Notes: generated by a model not told the origin, from the letters alone. A DNA stretch of 64,000 nucleotides from Octopus vulgaris (GCA_951406725.2 OX597830.1:31310001-31374000), one strand, 5' to 3'. Shown: positions 13,626 through 29,464, counted from the stretch's first letter. Made by a program: numbers and translations.

Positions 13626-14273
13626 GTAGCTAAGTTTATATATTCCTATCCATCACAATGATAGAGAGGGGGGTACAGAGAGAGAAATTCATCTCAGAAC
13701 TTGGCTGGTTTCTTATAGCCATCGACCCCCCGCAAGGATGAAAAATCAAAGTCGGCTTGAGTAAGATTGGAACTCAGTGCGCAAAGAACCGAAACAAATA
13801 GCGCGACATAATCTATCCGACGTTCCAAAACATAGCTATCTGCCAGCTGGTCACCTCACTCGATAGCTCGAAACGAAGGAAGAAAATCCCAAAATGCTGG
13901 TATTAAGCACAAGAACAAAAAAAAATGATTTAAAACTTTGTTATATATTATCCAAGAGTCTTCTTAATAGCGAATGGTAACTCCGCCAAATGTCCATGTA
14001 ATTCCAACAGCAACAAGGAGTATCCAGTACAAGAAGAGATAGTTATTTTTTTAAAAATATGTTTGGTACATATTTTTTTTTATCATATATCGCAGACTAT
14101 TTTTTCCAATGTGCACATTGTTTTTTTTTTTTTATTTTTTTTTACAAGGCGATGTGTGTGATATAAATGACGCTCGGCTGCTATTTCTAGCAACTCATAT
14201 GACTAAATAAAATGCTACCTTGTTAACCCAACGGGTGAAGGTATTCGAAAGCGATGTGCTCTATTCGCTTCCA

Positions 14274-14376
<103 letters not shown>

Positions 14377-14466
14377 ATTAAAATAATTACACAGTTGATC
14401 ATTTACAAGAGTGTGTGTGCGTGTGTATATATGTATATATATGAAATGAAAATGAAAAATGAACAA

Positions 14467-14540
<74 letters not shown>

Positions 14541-14773
14541 GCGCAAACATCACATACAAGCATATGCATACACACATATACGAACACATTTACATACAGT
14601 TTACCAACACGCCGGGGAATTATCGACAACGAAAGAACGGCATTAGCTGTTTCGAAATATATAACAGATATATATTAACACAACGATGGTACTGAGCACC
14701 TTTTCTGTCGAACATAGCCAAAGGAATTTATACATACGTACATATACATACATTTAATATATATATATACAAT

Positions 14774-14814
<41 letters not shown>

Positions 14815-14949
14815 GATAGATAGATGATGTATATACCCACCTCAGTATACATACATACATACATACATATATACATACATACATATATACATACGTACAA
14901 ATATACATACATACATACATATACATACATACATACATACATACATACA

Positions 14950-14985
<36 letters not shown>

Positions 14986-14993
14986 TATATATA

Positions 14994-15036
<43 letters not shown>

Positions 15037-15138
15037 GAATATACAAGCACACACACACATACAGATTCGTTCTCACACATACATGAATATATATATAAAG
15101 GGATGAATTTATATGCACACATAACATCACACACATTA

Positions 15139-15173
<35 letters not shown>

Positions 15174-15649
15174 TAAGTGTGTGTATATTGTTTGAATGTG
15201 TGTATGTGTATATGTGTGTGTGCGTGTGTGTGCGTGTGTGTTAGTCTGCGTGTGTAATGTTTACAGTTTGGGTGATTGAATCAATGTTAAGATATTGGTA
15301 ACTTTGACTTGTGTCACGGCATTATTAACATGGGAATCGGTGTCCTGAGTACACGCCGGCGCAGAAGTGTTTGCGTGCATATCTCTGTGTATGCGTGCGT
15401 GTGTGCATGTGTGCAAGTGAGTGCGTGTGTTCGAGTGAGTGCGTGGTGCGTGTGTGTGTGTGCCTGTGTATTTGCATGTGTGTGTGTGTTTCTCTATGTC
15501 TGTTAGTGTTTGTGTATGTGTGTGTGTTTGTGTGTGTATGTGCTAAAACAAGTGTGAAAAGAAATCAAAATACAGCCATACGTATATGATGAGAAAAAAA
15601 TATGTGTAAGGTATATATATATAACATATATATTACATGTGTGTGTTTA

Positions 15650-15685
<36 letters not shown>

Positions 15686-15707
15686 TGTATGTATGGATTT
15701 GTGTGTG

Positions 15708-15765
<58 letters not shown>

Positions 15766-15833
15766 AACAAATGTGGTGATTTTTCGACTCAGTATGTTTG
15801 TCTATCTATCTAGTTTGATTGCTGGTTAGGCAC

Positions 15834-16305
<472 letters not shown>

Positions 16306-16579
16306 GAGATATACGTATATCTCTGAATCGAAACATGCGCTCACGCACGCACAAACACACACCCAGACGTGTGCAACGTCCTGTAGTTTTGACAAGTGTT
16401 CACGGAGAGTCTTAGTGGAAAGTCGCTCACTTTAGTCCAAAGAGTGAAGTGGGTTTTAAACTCAGTTATGAGACTATTAGCGACGTGTTAATCTGTAACA
16501 TCGATTATAACCAATACACCTTTTATCTCCAGCTATTCTCGTACAAGAGTCCCCTTACTTTAGTTCTCTTAAATTCATT

Positions 16580-16625
<46 letters not shown>

Positions 16626-16836
16626 GCATACCTTGTGCTGTCTCTTTCGGTGTATGTATATATGTATGCATATATGTATGTATATATGTATGTGTGCGTA
16701 CTATATGTTTTAAACGTATACGTCGGACATACACAAAGATAGAAAATGGAGATATATGACTACATATATATGTGGAGGGGGGTGCAAAGACACACACTTT
16801 CTCTTTCTCCCACACACGCAAATACACGCTCACACC

Positions 16837-16890
<54 letters not shown>

Positions 16891-16891
16891 T

Positions 16892-16943
<52 letters not shown>

Positions 16944-17019
16944 CAATAAGCATGCAGACACGTAAATATCGGATGCTCATAAAAATTTGTATGTGGAAAA
17001 AAATTTTACGAACAGCGGC

Positions 17020-17075
<56 letters not shown>

Positions 17076-17147
17076 GGAGAGAGAGTGAGAGGGAGAGACA
17101 GACAGACAGATATCTATAAATATATATAAGTGCATGTGTGTGTGTCG

Positions 17148-17195
<48 letters not shown>

Positions 17196-17555
17196 TCATA
17201 TATATATATTAATATACATTTATATATAACTTAGAAAATTTGTATACATACTCAGATACAAATGTATACATACATACGTACATACATACACACACACATA
17301 CATACACACATACGTAAGGTCATACACATACAAGTGCACACACACACACACACATTACACGCTAAGACACGTAGATATACAGGCAAAACTGCACTTAACG
17401 AAAAATATATATACACTTGCATGAACTGTACATACAGATATACACACACACGCACGCACACACACACACGCACACACCCACACACATAAACAACAAATCA
17501 GACCACACACACACACACACACACACACACTTTACGCATAAACATTTTATATCTA

Positions 17556-17610
<55 letters not shown>

Positions 17611-17885
17611 ATATATATATATATTTAAAATCTACATCAAACATCACTTAAGGTCACATCGATATATTAATCAGTACCAGACACGCACACATGCACACAC
17701 ACACACGTACTCACGTGCATACACAAACGTATATGCACACGTATGCTCTCACGTATAAACACACATGCGTATCCACATACGTACAGTAAGTATATCAGAC
17801 CACACACAGCACCGCATATAACTTCATTATACCTTTAAACCATATATTACGGATAACTTAAGTTACACAGTCATCATAATGTTAT

Positions 17886-17924
<39 letters not shown>

Positions 17925-18323
17925 CAAGCATACACACTCACACACACACATATATACACGCACACAATAAACTAGACCACACACATTATATATACATATT
18001 ATATAGCTATAAAATGTGCATTAGATATTACTCAAGTTACGCAGACATATTAATAATTAGTAACGCATATAACACGCACACACACACACACACACACACG
18101 CATACACACAGACACACACACACACTCACACACACACACACACACACATACACACACACAGACATACACGCAATAAATCAGTGAACACATTTATACATAC
18201 ATATTTTATGCGTTTGAAATATTCACTACAAATTATTAAAGTTACACTGCACATTAATAAATACACACACACACACACACACACTCTTTCTCTCTCACTC
18301 TTTCTCTCTCTCTCTTTATCTCA

Positions 18324-18361
<38 letters not shown>

Positions 18362-18457
18362 TACACATTACAGACACATACATAGACATACATACACATA
18401 TATATCAGTATGAACCATACGATACACTCATGTATACGAATAAACGAGAGTGCCTGT

Positions 18458-18632
18458 AGGCCACCTCTCGATCTGTTAGAAATAGTAGCTGTATCTGCCT
18501 CAAATGACGCACCGTCGTCATTAGAAAAGAAAAGGCACATAGGGAAAAGAGAGGATGGTCACGCCTGGAATGCCTTTGAGCTTGGGTCTGCTCCATGAGG
18601 GTTGACTTGAGGCTAAAAACACGAACGACAAT
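18458..18632 (+). mobile_element. Old interspersed repeat, family F (TAGAAATAGCAGC core, (CAA)n-like tail)
   Basis: Diverged homologues near 4460, 8960, 22396, 39460, 44515, 51860 and 62825; class not determined. Confidence 0.6.
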
Positions 18633-18918
18633 TTACAAGTGCACCCACACATACATAAAGATACACACACACACACACACACACACTCATCAGATACGTT
18701 GCATATACATATAAGTGTAAATTAAAACAATGTACAGTACACACATACACACACACACACTGCAGTATACGCAAACACATATGAGGTCAATAATTTAGAA
18801 TATACGCATTATAAACACATATATACATATAACATAAAATTAGATAGATTGACAGATAGATCGATAGATTGGTAAATATCGTTGTTAAAATACACACATA
18901 CACACACATACACATACA

Positions 18919-19028
<110 letters not shown>

Positions 19029-19087
19029 TGTGTATATATACATACATATAAGTGCACACACGCATGTGTGCTTGTGGAGTGTCAGAA

Positions 19088-19128
<41 letters not shown>

Positions 19129-19595
19129 CAGAGACAGACAGACAGAGAAGGAGTGAGAGACATAGACAAACAGAGACGGAGAAGGAGAGGTAGACTTTAA
19201 AAAAAAGAGAGGGAAAGAGAACGAAAGAGATAGATAGATAGAGAGAGAAAGAGAGAGAGAAAAAGCGACAAAGATAGATAGACAAACAGCAAGATAGACA
19301 GACAGAGAGAGAGAGAGATAGACAGAGATAGACAGAGAGAGAGAGAGTTGTTGATTAATGTCCTTACATCTTATTCTGTCATACTCCAATATATACACAT
19401 AGTAAATGTCCCTTTGTCATTCATTGTTCATCTAGATACACGACTGTCCGATAACATGACTCACTGCTAAATGCTCATTCTCTCACACTGCTCTATGTCA
19501 AACACAGACTCTCTCACCAATTACAGCTACCCATCTATATCCAACCATCCAACCATCCATCTAGCTTTCGTTCTAGCTATCTATCTGTCTGTGTA

Positions 19596-19638
<43 letters not shown>

Positions 19639-19945
19639 GTTTCTCTCTCTGTCACTCTCTCTCTCTTTCTTTATCTCTCTGTCTTTCTCTCCTCTGTGCC
19701 TCGCTCTCACTATCTCTCTCTCTCTCTATCTTACTCTGTCTTTCTCTATCTTACTCTGTCTTTCTCTCTTTTCTCGCTTTTGCTCTCTCATCATACATCG
19801 CCTATATAAACACAAACACATACACACGCGCTCGCACACACACATGTAAATATGTGTAGGTGTATATATAGTAATACATGTATGTGTATATGTAATATAT
19901 ATTATATACACACATATTTATCTGTCTGTCTGTCTGTCTGTCAGC

Positions 19946-20012
<67 letters not shown>

Positions 20013-20103
20013 CACATATATACACATATACACACACATACATATATATATATAGAGAGAGAGAGACACACACACACACACATATATATATAGAGAGAGA
20101 GAG

Positions 20104-20154
<51 letters not shown>

Positions 20155-20260
20155 CAGATAGATAAATAGATGGATAAGCAGACAAACAGATGCATACATA
20201 TATACATACATACATACATGCATACACAAACGTATGCACTCGCAGATAAGTATTTTCGTA

Positions 20261-20313
<53 letters not shown>

Positions 20314-20522
20314 TTGCGTATTAATGTGCATATGTATGTGAGACGGATCCAGTGTATGAAATATGTACAATGTTTTTTTTTTTTCTTCCCCTCTGTATTT
20401 ATTATTCCACCGCATACCTATCTATGTATACGCTCGACACAGAAGAATACGATGAAGATGGGAAGACTACGTACGAATAGTTCTACAAAATTGCACACAC
20501 ACACAAATACTTAAAACATACT

Positions 20523-20574
<52 letters not shown>

Positions 20575-21254
20575 TATATAAGTATGTATATAATAAATAC
20601 AATTTTACACAGACACATATTTATAATATAACCCAAAATGTGAGTTATGTATGTATATATGTATGTAGCTATATCTATCTACATACATACATGTATACAA
20701 ACATGCAATATACAAACGTACAATATATGTATATATCGAGATATATAGATTATATACACTAGGGAAAAAAAAATATGTATCACATATTGAATATTTTCAC
20801 AGTTACATACGCACACACACTACTGTCGAAAAAGTATCGATCAAGTTAGGGAAAAACCGTTCAGATTTGTTTTGAAGGAGAGACGCCCCGAGGAGAAGCT
20901 GTGATGTTGATGCCTCATCACCATCAAGTCTGGATGGGAAATTTAACATGAATTTAAAGGTGGTTAGAAGCAGTTTGAAAATGAGGTCAAGCTTCTTGGA
21001 CAATACATGCTGGCCTGCTCACAAAAAAAAAAAAAAAAAAAACTTAAATAAAAAAAAATAATGCTTTCGGACGTAAGACATATGCAAAGAGTAACCACGG
21101 TTTAAGCTTGTAGAGCAGAAGGTAAGCTACCGGTTTCGATGCTCGGGTTTCACTTCTTGCCCCATGATTATCGCTAAAGTAACTTTTGATTACGAATTGA
21201 TTGTTCTACAATAGACTATATATCACGTATTTTGTTATTCATTAATTCTTTTAG

Positions 21255-21635
21255 TGGTTTTCATTATTCGATTGCGGTCGAACTGGGGCACCGCTTTGAA
21301 TGGTTTTTTTTTAGTCATACAAATCGTCCCCGAAACTTTGAGAATGGTACTTAATCTATCATCAATCAGTCTATCATTTATTTACTTATTTATTTATTTG
21401 GCCGAACCGATACTGTACAAGAATGCAAACAAACCCACATCGGTTGTCAAGAGGTTATACACACACACACACACACACATACACACACACACATGGAGCT
21501 GTTGCTTCTGAAGCGGTTTGTCAATCAGATATTATTTCACAAGGGTCTATACTTGCACAAGGTGCCGCATAGTGGGTCTGAACTCGCTACCACATGGTTG
21601 GAAGCGAGCTTCCTTAACCACACAGCTATGCCTGT
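21255..21635 (-). mobile_element. SINE family D, diverged
   Basis: Reverse-complement homology to family D head (CCACACAGCTATGCCTG) and 3' half. Confidence 0.75.
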
Positions 21636-22262
21636 GTCAATGGCTAATTTTTTTTTCTCGTTATTTTTTTCATCCTGACACAGTATGGACTCTTAGATTT
21701 TTCTATCACAAAAATTTTATGAGATTCAGTGGCGTGCATTCCATTCCACCCCCACCCCCAAAGATTAGTCGTAGATATAATCATTTAGATTAGGTTAATT
21801 GTATGATGGTGTAGATAATAAAAGATGTGACGACATTGATGCTGTTACTCCAACGAGTAAAATAAAAAACCCGTTCCAACTGGGAATCGAAACCCGGTCG
21901 CCTCTCTCTGTACAGATGTACAGTCATACTCCATATAAAATAATGTGTGTGAGTATGCGTTTATGTATTATACCGACGCACACACACACACATATATACA
22001 CACACCCAAACACACCCACACAACACACGTATACGCCCACCCACACATACACACACAAACACACATATATGAATGTATGTATGTAGGTCGAGGAGACATC
22101 GGCTTATTTTTGTCCCAAAATATTTTTCATCCCAAGTCATTTGCTTTTATTTATGGTTTTATGTGCTTCGAGATCCACTGTTCCATAAAAAAAAATACAC
22201 ACACACAGCGAGCACACACGCACGCGAATGCATGCACAGTCATACATACATATACATACATG

Positions 22263-22307
<45 letters not shown>

Positions 22308-22329
22308 ATGCATGCATACACGTAAATGC

Positions 22330-22377
<48 letters not shown>

Positions 22378-22395
22378 ATGCACACACAATACTGC

Positions 22396-22640
22396 AGTTG
22401 TTTAGTGCTCCAGGTCATCCCTGACTGAGCTGGCCTATGATGCTGCTATAATCAAACGTTTTTCCAACCGTGACAACCACATATTTTTTTTAAAACATAC
22501 TATAGTAAAATAGGACTCAGTAATTCAACGTGTCCTTCCTTGAATATTTTGAGACACTTGGGTGTAATTTGAGGAAGGTTTGGCTGCCATATTCAGGAGA
22601 TCGTGTAGATGTGTACATGATGGTCCCCCGTTTGATTAAT
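22396..22640 (-). mobile_element. Family F repeat
   Basis: GTTGTTTAG...CAGGTCA..CCTGACTGAGC...TAATTTGAGGAAGGTTTGGCTGCCATATTC is the reverse complement of the 18458 element. Confidence 0.6.
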
Positions 22641-22913
22641 CAGAACATATGCATGTGTTTGTCTGGCGAGAGATGTATATGTAAAATGATTGCTTCACAC
22701 TAACTGTATGTGTGTGTGTGTGTATGTGTGTGGGGGTGTGGGTGTAAATAACTATGTACACACACACATAAATTTATATACAGAGACGGCTAGCTAGATA
22801 ATTAATTTTAAAATCCTTTAATTTTTTTAGTCACTGCCTACAAGGTGGTCGTTTTTTTTAAGGGGATCAAATATCGACCCCCAACAAATCTTCTTGTCTG
22901 GTTTATATATCAG

Positions 22914-22993
<80 letters not shown>

Positions 22994-23019
22994 CATCCAT
23001 CCATCCATCTATCCACATA

Positions 23020-23075
<56 letters not shown>

Positions 23076-23316
23076 GATTTTTATCGATCAGCTCTGATCT
23101 ATGGGACATAGGTATGATCAGAAGACATTCCAACGGAGACTCTCGGGGGATTACATTACGTTGTAGCAGGTAGGTAGGAATCGTTTGTGGGAGACTTGGG
23201 TGCTATCTCTAACACGTATAACGATCGGATCGAGGCCACCTTGTTGGCTAAAAAGAAATGACTCTCAGGAAAGGTTGTGGAGGGAACCAGTCCAACGCAA
23301 CGTTCTTTTACATCGG

Positions 23317-23351
<35 letters not shown>

Positions 23352-23431
23352 ATAAACACATACACAGAGGCAGAAAGACTTGCATAAAGACATATATGTG
23401 CCCCCCACACACACACACACGCACACACGCA

Positions 23432-23482
<51 letters not shown>

Positions 23483-23590
23483 GTATATATATACATATAT
23501 AAAGCACTCTAGGGCAATTCTGCATGACGAATGCATAGTTGATGCAGGCTATCACAGTTATCGTGGTGATCACGTTAATTATAGTAGTCT

Positions 23591-23670
<80 letters not shown>

Positions 23671-23696
23671 TATATAGATGTTTGTTCGCGCGTGTG

Positions 23697-23731
<35 letters not shown>

Positions 23732-23878
23732 ATATTTAGGTATATATATATATATATATATGAGTCTATAGATATACTTAAATTCCTAGGATATATATAT
23801 ATATGCGTGTGTGTATGTATGTATACATACACACACAAACACACACATATATAGCCAGCCAGACACATATAGATAAAC

Positions 23879-23967
<89 letters not shown>

Positions 23968-24474
23968 CAGACAGATAGATAGATAGATAGACAGACAGGC
24001 AAATAGACAGACAGCCAGACAGGCAAATAGATAGACAGATAGATAGATAGATGTAGATGTTCCTACTTATACATGTGTTACTGTGTACGTGTGTGTGCGT
24101 GCGTATGCAGTTGGTGCAGCCGTTACCGTTACTCTCGTCTTGGCCTCCATACAACCACAGCAGATGCTGCCGTGTCAACAAGACCGAAGCAAGACATTCC
24201 AGGTGTAGATCTATGCTTGAGTGACACTGACGGAAGCCACACACACACTCACACACACACACTTGTGTATGCGTAATTGTGTGTGTGTGTGTGTGTGTGT
24301 CTATATCTATGTTTGTGAGTGTGTGTGCGTGTGTACGTTTTTATTGCCAGAATATGAAAAATCACACAGTGAATGAATTAAGAGGTTTTTCATTTGTCTC
24401 TTACCGACCGTTGTATCGTTATGTCTGGACTTTTGAGATGCATGGCTGCTCGTATAGTCCCTCCGCGTGCGTGC

Positions 24475-24517
<43 letters not shown>

Positions 24518-24692
24518 TGTGCTTGTGTGTGTGTGTGCGTGTGTGTGTGTGTGTTTGTGTGTGTGTGTAACACAATGTGATTGAATGAAGCTGGGGTATG
24601 TAAGAGATGGATGGATATAGAAACTGCACGTCTGCGTGTGTGCTTGAGTGTGTGTATGTGTGTGTGCTTGAGTGTTTGTGTGTGCTTGTGTG

Positions 24693-24751
<59 letters not shown>

Positions 24752-25157
24752 CACGTATTGTCGTCTGACCTCTTGCTCATACGTTCATGTAAAGTCTCGG
24801 ACAAGAAATACGTGGAATGTAATAATAGTTAATAAATAGAACAGTTATAATTAAACTCTCCCTAGTACGGTTTCGTTTCCTTATCAAGAAGATAATCATT
24901 GATGGCCACCTCCCGACAATTTCGACGTATGACAGTTTGAAGAAAAGGATTTTTTTTTTTTTTACTTTAAAGAAAAAAAGTCAGAAAAACAAACAAACAA
25001 AAAAAAAATATGAGACAAAGAGAAAACAACTTAAAAAAAAAAAAGAAACTGCATCTTTTTTGCGATGGGTGCGTGAATGTAATTTGAGTCCAAATATGGA
25101 TTTTGCTCTGAAGTCACAATGGTGATTTCACTGGTGATTTTGAAGGAAATAATAATA

Positions 25158-25765
25158 ATCCTTTCTATTATAGGCACAAGGCCTGAAATTTTGGGGGAAG
25201 AGAATAGTCGATTACGTAGGTACTTGATTTATCGAAACCGAAAGGACGAAAGGCAAAGCCAACCTCGGTGGAATTTGAACTCAGAACGTAGCGACGGAGA
25301 AAATACCTATTTCTTTACTACCCACAAGGGGCTAAACACAGAGAGGACAAACAAGGATTGACAAACGGATTAAGTCGATTATATCGACCCCAGTGCGCAA
25401 CTGGTACTTATTTAATCGACCCCGAAAGGATGAAAAGCAAAGTCGACCTCGGCAGAATTTGAACTCGGAACGTAACGGCTGACGAAATGCCGCAAAGCAT
25501 TTCGCCCGGCGTGCTAACGTTTCTGCCAGCTCGCCGCCTTTCATAATAATAATAATAATAATCATCCTTTCTGGTGGAAGCACATGGCCTCAAATTAGTA
25601 GGAAGGGGGACTGGTCGATTACATCATCCCCAGGAATTCACTGTTGCTTAATTTATCGACCACAAAAAGATGACAGGCAAAGTCAACCTCGGCGGAATTT
25701 GAACTCAGAACGTAGCTAAGCATTTTGCCCGGCGTGCTTAACGATTCTGCCAGCTCGTCGCCTTT
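25158..25765 (-). mobile_element. Cluster of three tandem family A SINE units
   Basis: GAATTTGAACTC(A/G)GAACGTA occurs near 25271, 25455 and 25695; the middle unit (25307-25539) is full length. Confidence 0.9.
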
Positions 25766-25766
25766 C

Positions 25767-25814
<48 letters not shown>

Positions 25815-25853
25815 GTAATAGTAATAATAATAATAATAATAGTAATGATAATA

Positions 25854-25901
<48 letters not shown>

Positions 25902-25913
25902 GTAATAATAGTA

Positions 25914-26000
<87 letters not shown>

Positions 26001-26012
26001 GTAATAATAGTA

Positions 26013-26048
<36 letters not shown>

Positions 26049-26060
26049 GTAATAATAGTA

Positions 26061-26112
<52 letters not shown>

Positions 26113-26123
26113 TAATAATAATA

Positions 26124-26154
<31 letters not shown>

Positions 26155-26180
26155 TAGTAATGATAATAATAATAATAATA

Positions 26181-26238
<58 letters not shown>

Positions 26239-26288
26239 TAATAACAATAATAATAATAATAATAATAATAACAATAATAAAATAATTA
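25766..26288. repeat. ~520-bp (AAT)n microsatellite with AGT/AAC interruptions
   Basis: Directly visible. Confidence 0.97.
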
Positions 26289-26664
26289 TGACAGGCATTG
26301 GTAATGTTTTTCTAGAAGCGGGCTGCACTACTAAAACAATACCACTTAATTTTTACGTTAGGCGTGACATTCAGGTAGGTAGTCCCGCGGGGAGGTGCTG
26401 GCCCAAAACTGATTTACCACATGAGGAAAAATAGATAAAAAAGATAAAATAAAATAATAAAATGATAATGATATACTAAAAAAAAAAAAATCCTGCATTA
26501 TACTGGGGACTGATGTAAGATGGCCAAGAAAAAGGCATGCTAATCACAACATCACGTTCCTTTTTTTTTTTTGCTTTCCCATTTAGCCGAAATACATTAT
26601 TGTTCATTTCATATGTATTTCCTTCTTTTCAGTAACACATTGGGATATATGTAAGTATCTGTGT

Positions 26665-26710
<46 letters not shown>

Positions 26711-26725
26711 ATGTATGTATGTATG

Positions 26726-26759
<34 letters not shown>

Positions 26760-26769
26760 TGTATGTATG

Positions 26770-26868
<99 letters not shown>

Positions 26869-27010
26869 TCACACACACATATATGTATGTATATATAATA
26901 TATATATATACATACATATATGTGCAAAGAAAAGAAAAATAAATAGATAAAAGTGTAGTCGAACGAGAATTTAACTTTTTTTCTCTCTCTCTGATCATTC
27001 TCGAGTAGTC

Positions 27011-27052
27011 ATCCCCTGATGATGAGGGTAACTTCACCTGAAATATAAGGAA
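27011..27052 (+). ncRNA. Degenerate hammerhead-like motif
   Basis: UCCC CUGAUGA UGAGGGUAACUUCACCU GAAA UAUA AGGA: both core boxes, a short stem II and a weak stem I. Confidence 0.4.
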
Positions 27053-27511
27053 CCGATACATATCTCCAGGGTAACACTACGATCCTCTCGTTGTTATTGT
27101 GTTATTGTTGCCTCTGTTTGTGTATGTGTGCGTATGTGTATGTGTGCGTGTGTGTGTGTGCGCACATGCGCACGAACACACACGCACACACACACACACA
27201 CATATATCTGTTTCCTCACTGACACACACACACACACACACACACTCATATATGTATTTGGTTCGGTCTTTACAGTGCCTCCGCGACCGGTGATATCGAC
27301 GTTTTTAAGCATTTGCAGATCAACGGCTGTAGGAGAGAGACGAGGAGCAGGGAAAGCTTTTACAAAGGACCAACGACTATGGATTAGTGTGTTAGTTAGA
27401 AGTCTTGCAGGAGGCGGCGGTGACCGTTGTGGTGACGCTGGTGGCGGCTGTAACAGCAGCGGCAGCGTTGATGGTGGTGATGTCGGTGGTTGTAGCGACA
27501 CATTACGAGTG

Positions 27512-27562
<51 letters not shown>

Positions 27563-27847
27563 GAGTGAAAGAGTAGAATACCTTTATGGAGGCGATATGA
27601 AATCAACAAGCTCTGAGGAGTAGAGAATACTACACAAATACAGAAAACGAGCAGAGAGAGAGAGAGAGAGAGGGGGGGGAGAGAAAACGGTAAGAGAGAG
27701 GGATAAGATAGATAGAGAGAAAGAGAGAGAGAGAATGAGAGAGAGAGACAGACAGATAGAGAGAGGGCGGGGACAGCATATCCAAGGATTGGAAGATGTG
27801 TTTTGTTGAGTGACTTTTACTCCAATCAGAGTGACCATTCTCTGGAA

Positions 27848-28181
27848 CAGTGGGCTCAACTAGGGACCATATAAGATCTTTGGAGGTCCACGCAACCAAA
27901 ATAGAAAATCAGGGGTCCACAGCAGTATTTATAGGGTCAATGAAAACCTTTTGTTCGATGTGTGTTTATAGCCACAAACAGTTCGGTTCCTTTGTCACAG
28001 TTCGACATGTTTCTGGCCACTGAAACATGATCTGTGGCAAAGTTACACGAGTGTACATGTGAAAAAACACAAAATAGGAATTTTGAAAGAAGTATCTATG
28101 AAAGTAGTTTTTAAACATGGAAGGCCTATGAAGGGCCCACCAGAATGCAATAGTAACCAAGGAAACTGTTGGCAGCCACTG
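27848..28181. mobile_element. hAT-type MITE with 8-bp TSD
   Basis: CTCTGGAA at 27840-27847 and 28182-28189; ends CAGTGG.../...CCACTG. A related fragment lies near 10790-10916. Confidence 0.85.
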
Positions 28182-28721
28182 CTCTGGAACCAGCAGTTGT
28201 TTAAGCTACCTAAATGTATTCCAGTAGCACAGACCAAGACGTGGGGGCGAAATTTTTAAGTGGGTTTCATTTGCTAGTAAGTAAATCTGTATGTATAGTA
28301 GTAGATAGACTGTCCAAAATATAAGACAAATACTCAATTCTGGGCCTTGCCCGTATTTGTAGAGGGTTACTAGTTGTTGGGGGTAGTGCTGTGTGAAAGC
28401 AAATTCGTACTGGGTTATACAATCGCCCAGGATTTCCACTAGACTTGAGGCTAAACTAAGAAAGCTGTGGTTGTGTGTATAAAACCTTCAGTCAAATGTT
28501 TTGTCCGTGGGTGGGTATGTTACCATGCTACAAAGACGGCTCTTCTTTGCGCGTTGAGGGCTGAAATTATGTCTGGATTTTAGAGACGAAGCCCCAGTCC
28601 TTGGTCTTTGTGATAAACTCTTCGCTATTATCAAGATGTATAATCGCTAGGAGACGCCCTCATTAACGTTGTTAGCATTCTTAACGTATCTAGTTGTTAC
28701 TACGGGGTCACCCTAGCAATG

Positions 28722-28828
28722 TTTCAGAGTCCACAAGGCAGATCAACGCACCGGGCCCTACAGTACCTATATATTGATTGTAAGCTACAGTATACCTAGA
28801 TAAAACTAACCTCCTTAATATATACTTA
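28722..28828 (+). repeat. 107-bp direct repeat, copy 1 (copy 2 at 29647-29753)
   Basis: Ungapped match with 7 substitutions counted by eye. Confidence 0.92.
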
Positions 28829-28844
28829 TTGATTACACCAAAAG

Positions 28845-29040
28845 AGGGAACGAGCTTGGCACAATAGTTTGCATGCTAGACAAAACGCTTCGCGGCTTTT
28901 CGTCCGTCTTTATGTTTTAAGTTCAGATTCCGCTGAGGTCGACTTTGCCTTCCATCCTTTCGGGATCGATAAATAAGTACCAATCGACTTATCTCTTGCC
29001 TTGAAATTGCTGGGCTTGCGCCAAAATTTGAAACCAATAT
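28845..29040 (+). mobile_element. SINE family A, diverged
   Basis: GAGGTCGACTTTGCCTTCCATCCTTTCGGGATCGATAAATAAGTACCA. Confidence 0.8.
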
Positions 29041-29076
29041 TAATTAAACCAAAATTATGGATACAAAACAAACGCT

Positions 29077-29146
<70 letters not shown>

Positions 29147-29274
29147 CACACACGCACACACACACATACAATTATAAGTATTATCTATATGTAAGTATAG
29201 GCATGTGTATATATCTGTATATGTGTACGAATATACATACATATACGCATGTATATATACATATATATATAGTG

Positions 29275-29464
29275 AAGACAGATATGGCCGATTTATGGGG
29301 TTACCCTGGGTATCATGTCCATAAAGCTTCATGGCATTTCTTCAGACCCTAAAACCCCTTGGCCTATGGCCAAAGGGTTTTAAGATCTGAAGAGACTCTG
29401 TAAAGCTAAGCGCTTCATGGACGGGAAACCCGGGCTAACCCCATACACGGGCCATATCTATCTT
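29275..29464. mobile_element. ~190-bp fold-back element made of two inverted hammerhead-like motifs, inside (TA)n
   Basis: Imperfect palindrome centred on TTTGGCC-TAT-GGCCAAA; each arm reads CUGAAGA-hairpin-GA(A/U)ACCC..G.UA-ACCCC outward. Confidence 0.75.

Noticed and set aside
21868-21930. tRNA-Asp/Glu-like 3' half on the minus strand (GGTTTCGATTCCC)
   Set aside because: No acceptor stem or D arm. A remnant at best; no true tRNA gene is called in the window, and the other tRNA-like stretches are SINE heads.
25725-26328. 186/187-aa poly-Ile and poly-Leu ORFs
   Set aside because: (AAT)n microsatellite.
26362-26374. 13-nt micro-exon AG|GCGTGACATTCAG|GTAGGT
   Set aside because: Such signals arise by chance in 64 kb; frame-shifting length and no other support.
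27128-27623. Gly/Pro/Ala-rich ORFs in a GC-rich patch
   Set aside because: Decayed GGT/GGC repeat bounded by microsatellites; no recognisable homology.
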